A stretch of 64,000 bases of DNA, from the IMG/VR virus record IMGVR_UViG_3300046314_000711; one strand, 5' to 3'. The translations under genes were made by a program, and so were the position numbers. Shown in pieces: positions 30,831 to 39,804 of this stretch. How positions within the stretch are numbered: the stretch's first letter is position 1; each line of letters opens with the position of its first letter. The notes under the pieces were generated by a model. The model had not been told where the DNA came from. It saw nothing but the letters and a program-made list of their open reading frames with translations, and searched no databases. This DNA comes from a virus.

Positions 30831-31174
30831 CTAAAGTTACGAAACAGTAGGATTAGTAGTGTCCATCTGATAATGAGTGGCAAATGGTTCGAAGTGCACC
30901 ACCCGCGCAGTAATTGCCAGGGGAAGTGAATACGGGAAGCCATACGGGAAGTGTAAGTCAGTCCAGATACTTGTAAATGCAGGAGGTCTAAAGACCTGAG
31001 CGACCGCAGCAATGTGGGAGAGATACTGGGACCGTTTGAAGCCTTTAGTGTAATAACACATTCGTAACTAATAGATTTTGTTCTTTAATAATTTACCGAG
31101 TGATATTCCTCTACATCGACTTCACAGTCCAATGTCGGGAGACAGCTGGTGGTTTAACCGCCCGGTTGGAGGAG

Positions 31175-31408
31175 TCATATTCAAATATCGAGTAAGCGAG
31201 GAGTGCAACCCAACTGAAGACGGCCACTGCATAGCCGAGCCGGACGCGGTATTTGAATATGATTATCTATGCGACGATAGTGACTAGGGCGCTTCGGGGT
31301 CTTCGACAATAGCATAGAATCATATTCAAATATCGAGTAAGCGAGGAGTGCAACCCAACTGAAGACGGCCACTGCATAGCCGAGCCGGACGCGGTATTTG
31401 AATATGAT
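31175..31408 (+). repeat. 89-nt direct repeat (31175-31263 = 31320-31408); the spacer unit recurs near 32060-32141
   Basis: Identical sequence blocks read directly. Confidence 0.9.
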
Positions 31409-32260
31409 AAAGGTGAATGGGTTAGGTATGTCACTGCCATAAGAACGCGGCATGCTGAGTTGGTTCAATTCCAACAACTTTTGTTCAATATGAATCCATG
31501 TGACAATAGCGCGCAACGATAGCATGGAATCATATCAAAGGATAATCGCAGGTAATGGCAAGTTGGTAGGCCATCCAGTTAATTCTGGCGCTGTAGTCGG
31601 AGGTTCGAATCCTTCTTATTCTTTGATATGATCGATGAGTGTTCGAGTAGCCGTGATGTTACTCACAGGGCAAGTAATCATCGTATGACATCTCGGAAAG
31701 ACGGGCTTCATATTTAAGTACTCCTTATAGGATCGTGCATTGGTAGTTCAAGCAGGGGAAGTTTGTAGTACTTAAATATGGTAAGTCGGTTGTTTGTGGG
31801 TCATAGAGAATTGCAGTAAGTTGGTTTAGCGACCTTCTGAAGATTCTCAACCGGGGCTGCTACTCCAAAGGTAGATACTGGGACTCGGAATCTCAGATAC
31901 AAACAACAATTCATAGCAAAGGATGTTGCAACATTCTAGCGAGGTCGCAGGCAGTAATACAGCCCCTTCCGTTCGATTCGGAGTTATGGATGACTTGGCA
32001 TATTCAAATATCGTAGGTGATGATAGTACGCTGGTTACGGTGAACTTCCCTGATCTGAACGGTATTTGAATATGATTATCTATGCGACGATAGTGACTAG
32101 GGCGCTTCGGGGTCTTCGACAATAGCATAGAATCATATTCATCCACAAGTCTCTTGCAACGGGGATTACAACAGGGGAATTAACCCTAAACGTGTTGCAG
32201 CGTTGACCTCTGGTAAGGAGGTATAGCTTGAATTAACAGGGTGGATGAATATGATACTTT

Positions 32261-32343
32261 GGAGAAGGAAAGCTGATGGCTTCAGCACCGAGTCTGTAAA
32301 ACTCGTCCTTCGGGGAGAGGGTCGGAACCTCACTTCTCCACCA
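32261..32343 (+). tRNA. tRNA-Tyr(GUA), atypical
   Basis: GGAGAAG/CTTCTCC, CGAGT-CTGTAAA-ACTCG, T-loop GTCGGAA, ACCA. Confidence 0.75.
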
Positions 32344-32544
32344 AGTTATGACGCAACGTGAACAGCAAAGTTCTTAATGTCATGTGCAATGGCGATAGTA
32401 GAGACTATCCAACGGGTGGTGAGTACGCTCCACATCATGTATTACTAGAAATAGTTTTCACATGTAGTAAAAGTTATGTTATAATTACTACATGTGAAAT
32501 TGGTCTAATTAACCAAAATTACAATCGAGAGTAATTAACTCGAT

Positions 32545-32674
32545 GACCCTTGCATAGTTTATTCGGCAAAACGTAAGAAATGTTGGTTCGATTCCAACCT
32601 ATGAACTCTGTTCGTAGTCGTCTAATGGCTAAGACGCAGGAGAGGGTGGTTCGAAGCCACCTGCAAATAGGGTC
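32545..32674 (+). ncRNA. Nested double-tRNA-like RNA
   Basis: Outer D- and T-arms surround an inner T-arm, closed acceptor-like hairpin and D-arm. Confidence 0.7.
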
Positions 32675-32784
32675 GCAAATTTGTCAGTAAAGAGAGTAAT
32701 TCTGAGTTCTGCAGGACTTGCATTAGGTAGTGATACCCGCGCCGCGATGCTGGCGGATAGAATTACTCTCTTTAGTGATTGATT

Positions 32785-32879
32785 ACAAATTAAAGTGTAT
32801 TTTATAGGTTCGATTCCTAAAGGGCGACGGTCGATAATTTCAAAGTTACTCTAAGTGGTTTAAGTACACTTTAATTTGT
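32785..32879 (+). ncRNA. Y-RNA-like (permuted tRNA) element
   Basis: 16-bp terminal stem enclosing T-arm TAGG-TTCGATT-CCTA and then D-loop-like TAAGTGGTTTAAG. Confidence 0.55.
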
Positions 32880-33188
32880 TAGTCAGTAGGTAGGCTTAGG
32901 AGCAGCCACCCTTTAATAAGTGAGACGAAGGCACGTTGAAACATTGTAATCTGGTGTAGGGCAGCAATCCAGATGAAAGCACAATAGGATTTTTGGTAAT
33001 GTTAGATAACAAACTCAAAAGGTTTGCTGACCCAAAAATCACAGTACGGTAACTTCGCTAGTTACTAAAGCAATGGGATAGCTTCCCTGAGTGCGAGTTT
33101 CGCGTGAGCCACTTGGTTAAGTACAGAGGCACCCCAGAAATGGTAAGGCTGACGTTCTCTTTGGCGTAATAGCAAGCTAACTAACAAA
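32875..33188 (+). ncRNA. RNA containing a 23S rRNA H43/H44 (L11-binding) mimic
   Basis: GGTAGGCTTAGGAGCAGCCACCCTTTAA (32889-32916) and GCGTAATAGC (33164-33173) inside a closing stem. Confidence 0.75.
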
Positions 33189-33858
33189 AATATGATAAAT
33201 AGTCTATTCTAAATATGGGTACTCAAAATATCCGTTCTTAGAGGGTGCAAATCCCTAGATACCTCGGGTTACCGACTGTTGAAGCGGAGTGCTAGGTAAA
33301 AACAGGGTAGACTTATCATATTCAAGTTTTATTTTGTATGGCTCGCAAAATTCGAGACTCCCAGCAGATAGAACTTGAATATGATAATGTTCGAAAGTTA
33401 TCATAACGGAAGATGAGCAAACTCGAGTAAAACTCATCAAGGCACACTTTGGTGAAGTTTAAACGACTTCCAATGCTGAACCACTATACCACTGACTGGA
33501 GGATATCCGCGCCGGAGTCGTCCTTCGGTTGTATAGTTGAATACATTGAAAGAATTGGTCAAGCCCAGTCAAGCCCAGTCAAGTTGTAGTTTATTGAAGA
33601 ACACCAATGTATTCAACTATGCTATAAATTGCGGGGATGAAAATGGAAATGTCGTTCGCCATTATAGAAAACACCTCTGCCTAAGCTGTAAATAGATGGT
33701 CTGGACCCCATCGGCATGCTTTGAGTGTCCACTGATAAATAAGGTTTTGCTGGTAAGAATACGTCGTAAAAGTGATTTTACAGAATTTAGAAATTTATTC
33801 TGGTTGTCAATAAAAATCTCTATCCTCCAAAGCAGGGCCAGCAAATTTATAATTTAAC

Positions 33859-33991
33859 GCGGTTGATGGCTAACTAAATTATTTCAACTCCGGATGAGAA
33901 GTAACGAGGTATCTTAGCTGTTAATAGTCTAACTTGTGATTGAATGTACAATAAATCACGAGTCGGGGTGCAAATCCTCTCAGCCGTACCA
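33859..33991 (+). ncRNA. Enlarged tRNA-like RNA ending ACCA
   Basis: GCGGTTG/CAGCCGT acceptor, GGGG-TGCAAAT-CCTC T-arm, expanded D and anticodon regions. Confidence 0.5.
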
Positions 33992-34213
33992 ATATTCCCC
34001 CTATAGCCTGACGCAAGGGAGCCAAGAGCATGATGCAGTCGCGCTGCACGCCTCAGAGCATGAGAATGATGTTCCTTTCCGGTGCAAGCAGTCCGGTCCA
34101 ATTTTGCGATGCAGACGCGCAGCCTCTCCATTTCACGGAACAAAAGCTCGCAGGGTAGTTAGATAGTTCTGCACCGTTGGGAAAAGACCCCTTAGGCCCA
34201 ACACCAGATAAAT

Positions 34214-34316
34214 GCGCTTGTAATTCAGTGGTTAGAAGGTCACCCAGCTATGATGGCACGATACGCCGTAAAAGCACTGGCTCTGTTGGACGTGGGTTCG
34301 AATCCCACCAAGCGCG
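34214..34316 (+). tRNA. tRNA-like RNA with extended anticodon arm (identity unclear)
   Basis: GCGCTTG/CAAGCGC, canonical D and T arms, about 50-nt anticodon region. Confidence 0.65.
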
Positions 34317-34596
34317 CTATATTGAAACACACTGGCGATTCTCGTATGAGGGTCGTTATTTGGTGCACAAGTGTAACAGTGTGTTTCAATATGGTATAGT
34401 GTAATGAGAATGCACGGGAGCGCCACATAAATCTCTTTGACTAGAGTGGTGGAACAAGTTTCAAGTACGGTAAAACCCCGTAAGCCATATTTAAACGTAC
34501 TGATGAGCTGATGCAATTTCAGCGAAACTGTTGGGGAGCCATTACAATGATTTGCTCTTGTAAAAATATCCAACAGTATACGTAGAGGATAAGCGA

Positions 34597-35106
34597 ATGA
34601 AGTTGTCTGACATTTTATGCAGTGTCCACATCGTGGAGGCGCTAACGACCCGAGTTCCTATCACATGGGAACAATCTACCCCAGCTACTATTACTGGCAC
34701 TGGTGTCATTGATGGTGTAATAATAACACTAACGATATCGTCCCTAGTGTACAGTGGGTACAATGGTTGTAATCTAGCATTTGCTACTGATAAAGATGGT
34801 GAACCTGTTGAGGTGTTCCGAAACGAATTTGGGCAAAGTGCATCTAAAATTATTGGTGCTGTTGTTAATGGATTCAATGAGAAATTGACTGATTTTAACT
34901 TCGACTTTTTGTGTCTTGCAGCCAAAGACAACGTTGATAAGCGAGCTTCGCTTTATCTAATGATAGCTGAACGATTTGCACGTAGTCGGCAGATGCATGC
35001 TAGAACTGTTGCATACGGAGAAAACAAAGTTGTTATTATGATTAACCACGACCTTCCTCTCGATTTGATTAAAAAACTAGAACAACAAGGTAGTAGTGTT
35101 GATTAA
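34597..35106 (+). CDS. Hypothetical protein, paralog family A
   Basis: GAGGA RBS; KIIGAVVN...FDF...AKD..R..LY...ERFAR shared with 45156 and 49064. Confidence 0.75.
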   Translation: MKLSDILCSVHIVEALTTRVPITWEQSTPATITGTGVIDGVIITLTISSLVYSGYNGCNLAFATDKDGEPVEVFRNEFGQSASKIIGAVVNGFNEKLTDFNFDFLCLAAKDNVDKRASLYLMIAERFARSRQMHARTVAYGENKVVIMINHDLPLDLIKKLEQQGSSVD

Positions 35107-35166
35107 ATATGGTGTGCCACTGGCAGTGATGAGTGAATTAAAAAATAATCTCAAGTAACGCATTTA

Positions 35167-35241
35167 GCATTCGAGGTGTTAATAGATACATTCTTCGCTT
35201 CCACCGAAGAGTTCCCGGCGCGATACCGGGCGAATGCTCCA
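35167..35241 (+). tRNA. tRNA-Gly(UCC)
   Basis: GCATTCG/CGAATGC, CTTCG-CTTCCAC-CGAAG, U73-CCA, T-loop CGCGATA. Confidence 0.82.
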
Positions 35242-35674
35242 GAATTAGTCGGAGTAGCTAACCGAAAAGTAAACAGTAGATGCGCCATGGTTGCTCGGCG
35301 ATCTTTGCGGTGATCCACCGCGTCAGCCCGCAAGGTTGAGAAAAACTGCAGTAAAAGTCTGAAAGTAGAGCAATCAGAATTTGAGCACAAAGTACAAGTG
35401 TAATAGAGTAAATATTATCATCAGTACTTTGTGCAGTGATGGTAAATATTACGTCTGGTGATGAAGACGATGGCTTCCCACCTACGGATGTAATGCCATT
35501 CGAGTGTGATACCTTTAACCCTCTGGATCCGTTTGCAGAAGCGAAGCGTGGGACAGTGGTGCAGGAGTTAGATATGGACGAAGAGTCGTTTTGGCGACTC
35601 TTCCAGTAAAAATTGGGCAAGTGGTGCAGTTACGACAGTGTGTAACTGGTTCTACCACCAATACCCGATACTTT

Positions 35675-35757
35675 GGGCCGCTGACATATGCAAATTGGCA
35701 CAGCTACTCGGCTTAGAACCGAGGTTTTTCCCGGTTCGAGTCCGGGGCGGCCCACCA
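35675..35757 (+). tRNA. tRNA-Leu(UAG), short variable arm
   Basis: GGGCCGC/GCGGCCC, CTCGG-CTTAGAA-CCGAG, ACCA. Confidence 0.85.
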
Positions 35758-35794
35758 TTAATCTTAAAATAAGACAGGTAATCACATCTTAGTT

Positions 35795-36583
35795 ATGCAG
35801 AATAGAATATCAACAGCTACAAAGCAACAAATTATCGATATGTTCACTCAAGGGATGTCTAGAATGGATATTTCGAACCAACTGGGTTTGGAGTGGAAAC
35901 AGGTCGATTATTGGTGTCGCAAACAAGCTCGAGTGTCAGAATTAGCAACCGAAGTTGACTTTTCACCTAAATTGTTGCAAGCAGTTGGTGAGTACTACGC
36001 ATATTTACTTGGAGCATATCTTGGTGATGGGTATATCAACAAAGAGCGCTATACCTGGAAAATTAGATTTTCATGTGACGTGAGGTACCCAGGCGTTATA
36101 AACGCACTTACGCGAGCACTAGTGCAATTGGGGTTTGTAAACGCAGCATGCTGTAAAACTGGTAGCGATAATTGTGTTGAAGTGTACGCATACGGAAAAC
36201 ATATCGCAGCAATGTTCCCTCAGGTTGGTCCAGGACGAAAACACACAAGACGGATCAACCTCGACCATTGGCAACAACAGATTGTTACAAAGTATCCCCA
36301 ATATTTTGTAAGGGGGTTGTATCATACTGATGGGTGTAGATATATTCACACGGACAAAAAAGGCGATAAAGTATACCAATCGGTTAAATACGCATTCGTC
36401 AACAGATCGAAGGACATTATTGATCTATTTTGTGGAAGCTGTGATCAATTAGGAATCGGATACAGAGTCACAACTAAAAAGTTCATTGCTCTGACCACTA
36501 ATGAAGTTGCAATAGGTTGGGTGATTCAACTCGGCCGCAAAAACGAAGTACTAAAGCTGGAGAAGTTTTTAGGGCCAAAGTAA
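35795..36583 (+). CDS. Free-standing HTH + LAGLIDADG homing endonuclease
   Basis: N-terminal HTH, YLLGAYLGDG and VRGLYHTDG motifs. Confidence 0.85.
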   Translation: MQNRISTATKQQIIDMFTQGMSRMDISNQLGLEWKQVDYWCRKQARVSELATEVDFSPKLLQAVGEYYAYLLGAYLGDGYINKERYTWKIRFSCDVRYPGVINALTRALVQLGFVNAACCKTGSDNCVEVYAYGKHIAAMFPQVGPGRKHTRRINLDHWQQQIVTKYPQYFVRGLYHTDGCRYIHTDKKGDKVYQSVKYAFVNRSKDIIDLFCGSCDQLGIGYRVTTKKFIALTTNEVAIGWVIQLGRKNEVLKLEKFLGPK

Positions 36584-36655
36584 TAAATAACATTAAACCA
36601 AAACAATGGCGCATTTCTAGTTGGGCGTCTATACAAATTTAACTAGCACAAATTT

Positions 36656-36735
36656 GGGGCACGGGGCTGCTTGGGGTGGCCACTACACTTGCACTGTAGA
36701 TATTCAGCTCGGTTCAAATCCGAGGTGCTCCACCA
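36656..36735 (+). tRNA. tRNA-Ala(UGC)
   Basis: GGGGCAC/GTGCTCC (G3:U70), CTACA-CTTGCAC-TGTAG, ACCA. Confidence 0.9.
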
Positions 36736-37452
36736 AATTTGAAGTAGGACACAGCACTGTATGGCTACAATGTCAACATACAGGCTTCAAATCACTATTC
36801 GTTAGTCGAATCACCCAATGGAGGCACATGGTGTAAAACTTACCCTCCAATTTTTTAAAGATAGTCATATCATATTAGCGGCACGCTGGAAGGACAGCGT
36901 AGATGCAATACAGAAACAAGCATCACAATAGTGGGGGCGTTCACACACCAGTTAATACAGCCTCGATGTCCAAGAGATTAATTACCTCGCTTCGGACTGC
37001 AAAACCACCAGATTGTGCTGAGAATGCATTCAGAGGTAAGTAGGCGAGCACTGTGGACGCACATCTCGACGGAGGGCACTGCTAGGGTGTGCTGACTGGG
37101 AATCAAGCCCCGGACGCTAATATGATATGATTTATGACCCTCCCATTAGGGATGGTAAGCGAGCTCTCAGTGACTCTGCTAGGTGAAGTAGTTGGTGACC
37201 AAACAGACCGCCTTGGTCGGTGGTAATGTGGAATCCTAAACGCTTAAAAACTCCTGACAATAGGCCTAACCGGCCATACGATAAGGAACACTAGTAACGC
37301 TCTCGTTTCCCATAGCAGTTCACTCTGCAAAGGGTCGCCAAATAATCCATTCTCGGTTTAAGGTGAAGCACGCCCGAGCACCAACTTGCAAAAGTTGTAT
37401 AAAACCCAATTACAAGTGACACGACTGGTGATGGAAGCCAGTCACAAATTTT

Positions 37453-37647
37453 CCCGAGGTAGTTCAGTGGATGGTTGGTAATCAGTGGTAAGGAACGCCC
37501 ACTACGGTTATCTTCCCGCAGATTGTGGAGTAGCATTGGTTAGTAATCAGCACGCGGCTGACGAATCTGATGTGGCAAGTCTCTCTGTGTAGAACGCTCG
37601 TTCTCTAAACGAGAGGTCGGTGGTTCGAATCCACCCCTTTGGGACCA
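37453..37647 (+). tRNA. tRNA with about 120-nt D-loop insert; anticodon UCU (Arg) or shifted CUA
   Basis: CCCGAGG-TA-GTTC...GAAC, CTCGT-TCTCTAA-ACGAG, canonical T-arm, ACCA. Confidence 0.65.
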
Positions 37648-38079
37648 TATAAAACACATTCCGGGCTGTCTCCAATGGCGTACGGATCTCCGCAAGGCTG
37701 TACGGGACTGTAGCAATGCAGTCGAGGGGTGTGAATGTGTTTGTAATAACGGGCAACGTGAAGGCCCTGCTGATAGGTTTAAATGGCCTTGATCGAAGGT
37801 ACGCCGGACTACCACAACTCTTGACTGTTATCAGACTAAACAGTCACCATATAAAAATACTATTGACGGGTAGACCCTGCATACACCGCAGGGCATCTAT
37901 TCGGTTCCCTGGCAGGGGCGAACCTTGTGTTGTGCCAGCAGCGCAAGCAGTATTGATAGTGTTTTTATATGGTGATAGTGGGTCGAGAGTTTGTAACTTG
38001 ATTAAGTTCGGGGCGATCTTGATTTATAGTCCGAGCGTAAAACTGTGGGATCTTTAGTCCCGCAGATGTAAGCGAGCAA

Positions 38080-38460
38080 TTATCCTTGTTCAGCTATATA
38101 TTTAGCTATTGTTTCGGTCGAGGCATCCCCAGTAGAACAAACAAAATAACCAGATGACTAAAATATACAATTCTTCCAAAAATGTTTTCTCAGTTCGGAG
38201 CTGTGTAAGAACCAAACTTTTGCAGTAGTCGTTTGTTTCAATAATCTGACAATTTGTGAAACTGACACATTTGGCGAGTAATCAACCAGTAAATGGATAT
38301 GATCTTTGTCCACTTCCATTACTTGTATTTTGAAATCGGCTGTTTGATTTGTTAGTATTGTATCTTTGATGGTCTGTATTAGTTGTGGCTTAGACAGAAG
38401 TTTCTTTCTATACTTGACGCAGAACACAATATGGCTTTTGAGTGTAGCTTTTCTCCCCAT
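38080..38460 (-). pseudogene. tnpA: Y1 HUH transposase with in-frame TAG at the conserved Trp (F*SSGYF)
   Basis: HIVFCVKYR, DHIHLL; after the TAG at 38158-38160 the frame continues SSGYFVCSTG...KYIAEQG. Confidence 0.85.
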
Positions 38461-38529
38461 TTTGATGGTATATTTTCAATTTTGTATAAATATATTTATG
38501 TCAATCAAATCAACTGCATAAATAATAGT

Positions 38530-39804
38530 ATGAAACAGCTGCTCGCTTACAAATATAGGATTTACCCAACAGAAGACCAACAAATCCTTCTGAGTAAAAC
38601 CTTTGGCTGTAAACGGGTAATATTCAACCATTACCTAAATGTGCAACAAACAAATTTCAAGAACAAAGAAAAGCACCTGAGCAACTATGACATCAATAGA
38701 GACATTACTAAACTGAAGGATGAGAAGGACTGGTTACGGGAAGTAGATTCTATTGCATTGCAGATGGCAGCAGAAGACCTATCGTTGGCATATGACAATT
38801 TCTTCAAATCAACTACTGGTAAGAGAAAGGGTCCGAAGATAGCGGCTCCTAAGTTCAAAACCAAGAATTCTCGGCAGTCGTATAGAACTCGTGGGGTTCG
38901 TATCAATGAAAATGGTTCTTTACAAATACCAAAACTAAAAGCAGTAGAAGCAGTCATCCATAGAGAAATTCCAGGTGATTCGACAATCAAATCAACAACC
39001 ATATCAAAGAATACGGATGGAAGATATTACGCATCGATTTTAGTTGAAACAGAAGTAGCATTAAAGCCAACGACTGGTAGAGAAGTTGGTTGCGATGTGG
39101 GTCTAAAAGATTTACTCATCACTTCAGATGGGATAAAATTCAAAAGACCGAATGATTTGCTAAACATTGTGAAAACAAAACAATTGTTGAAGGCAAAACA
39201 AAAGCAGTTTGCAAGAACTGATAAAGGCAGTGAAAATCATGAATCAATTCGACTCCAAGTAGCAAGATTGTACTCAAAGATCACAAGACAACGAAATGAA
39301 TATTATCATCTAGTATCAAACTACTTAGTCGATAATTATGATTCCATCTACGTTGAAGATTTGTCGAGTAAGAATATGCTACAAAACAGGAAGTTGAGTA
39401 GAGCAATTCACGAGGCAGCATGGGCCACACTGACTGGAATGATTTCATACAAATCAAATCAGGCAGGTAGGACATATCATCGAATTAGTAGATGGTATCC
39501 GAGCAGTAAGACTTGTAGTTCATGCAATTACAAACTTGAAAAGCTCGATCTTGGAACCCGAGAATGGACTTGTCCTAACTGTGGAGTCTTTCACGATCGG
39601 GATCTAAATGCAGCAAAGAATATACTTCGTGTTGGTCAGATTGACTGCTACGAAGAGGTAATAGAGTCGCAAGCAACAGGCGATTTGGAATTAAAAATTC
39701 CATTGGCCCTACAGAAAATGACTAGTAAAATCGAGAGATCTGGCATATGCTTGTCAGTTGGTTATGGGAGTGGGCAAGCTGCACGATCTTTAGTCGTGCA
39801 GTAG
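38530..39804 (+). CDS. tnpB: RNA-guided endonuclease TnpB
   Basis: AYKYRIYPT, RuvC D/E/D (GCDVG, VEDL, DRD), zinc finger CSSC...CPNC. Confidence 0.93.
   Translation: MKQLLAYKYRIYPTEDQQILLSKTFGCKRVIFNHYLNVQQTNFKNKEKHLSNYDINRDITKLKDEKDWLREVDSIALQMAAEDLSLAYDNFFKSTTGKRKGPKIAAPKFKTKNSRQSYRTRGVRINENGSLQIPKLKAVEAVIHREIPGDSTIKSTTISKNTDGRYYASILVETEVALKPTTGREVGCDVGLKDLLITSDGIKFKRPNDLLNIVKTKQLLKAKQKQFARTDKGSENHESIRLQVARLYSKITRQRNEYYHLVSNYLVDNYDSIYVEDLSSKNMLQNRKLSRAIHEAAWATLTGMISYKSNQAGRTYHRISRWYPSSKTCSSCNYKLEKLDLGTREWTCPNCGVFHDRDLNAAKNILRVGQIDCYEEVIESQATGDLELKIPLALQKMTSKIERSGICLSVGYGSGQAARSLVVQ

Noticed and set aside
31191-31246. Hammerhead ribozyme (CTGAAGA motif)
   Set aside because: The matching GAAA core and three-stem junction are not present.
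30061-32260. CRISPR array
   Set aside because: The repeats contain promoters or are inverted stems with long, uneven, structured spacers; there are no regular 25-45 nt repeat-spacer units and no cas genes.
32888-33173. True 23S rRNA gene or host contamination
   Set aside because: Only the H43 and H44 motifs match; flanks and the intervening sequence are not rRNA-like. Reported as a mimic instead.
33558-33583. GTCAAGCCCA tandem repeat as a functional array
   Set aside because: Only about 2.6 copies inside one hairpin loop; probably slippage.
33631-33830. tmRNA (GGGGATG... start, SmpB present)
   Set aside because: No T-arm, no CCA, imperfect Ala acceptor and no recognisable tag frame.
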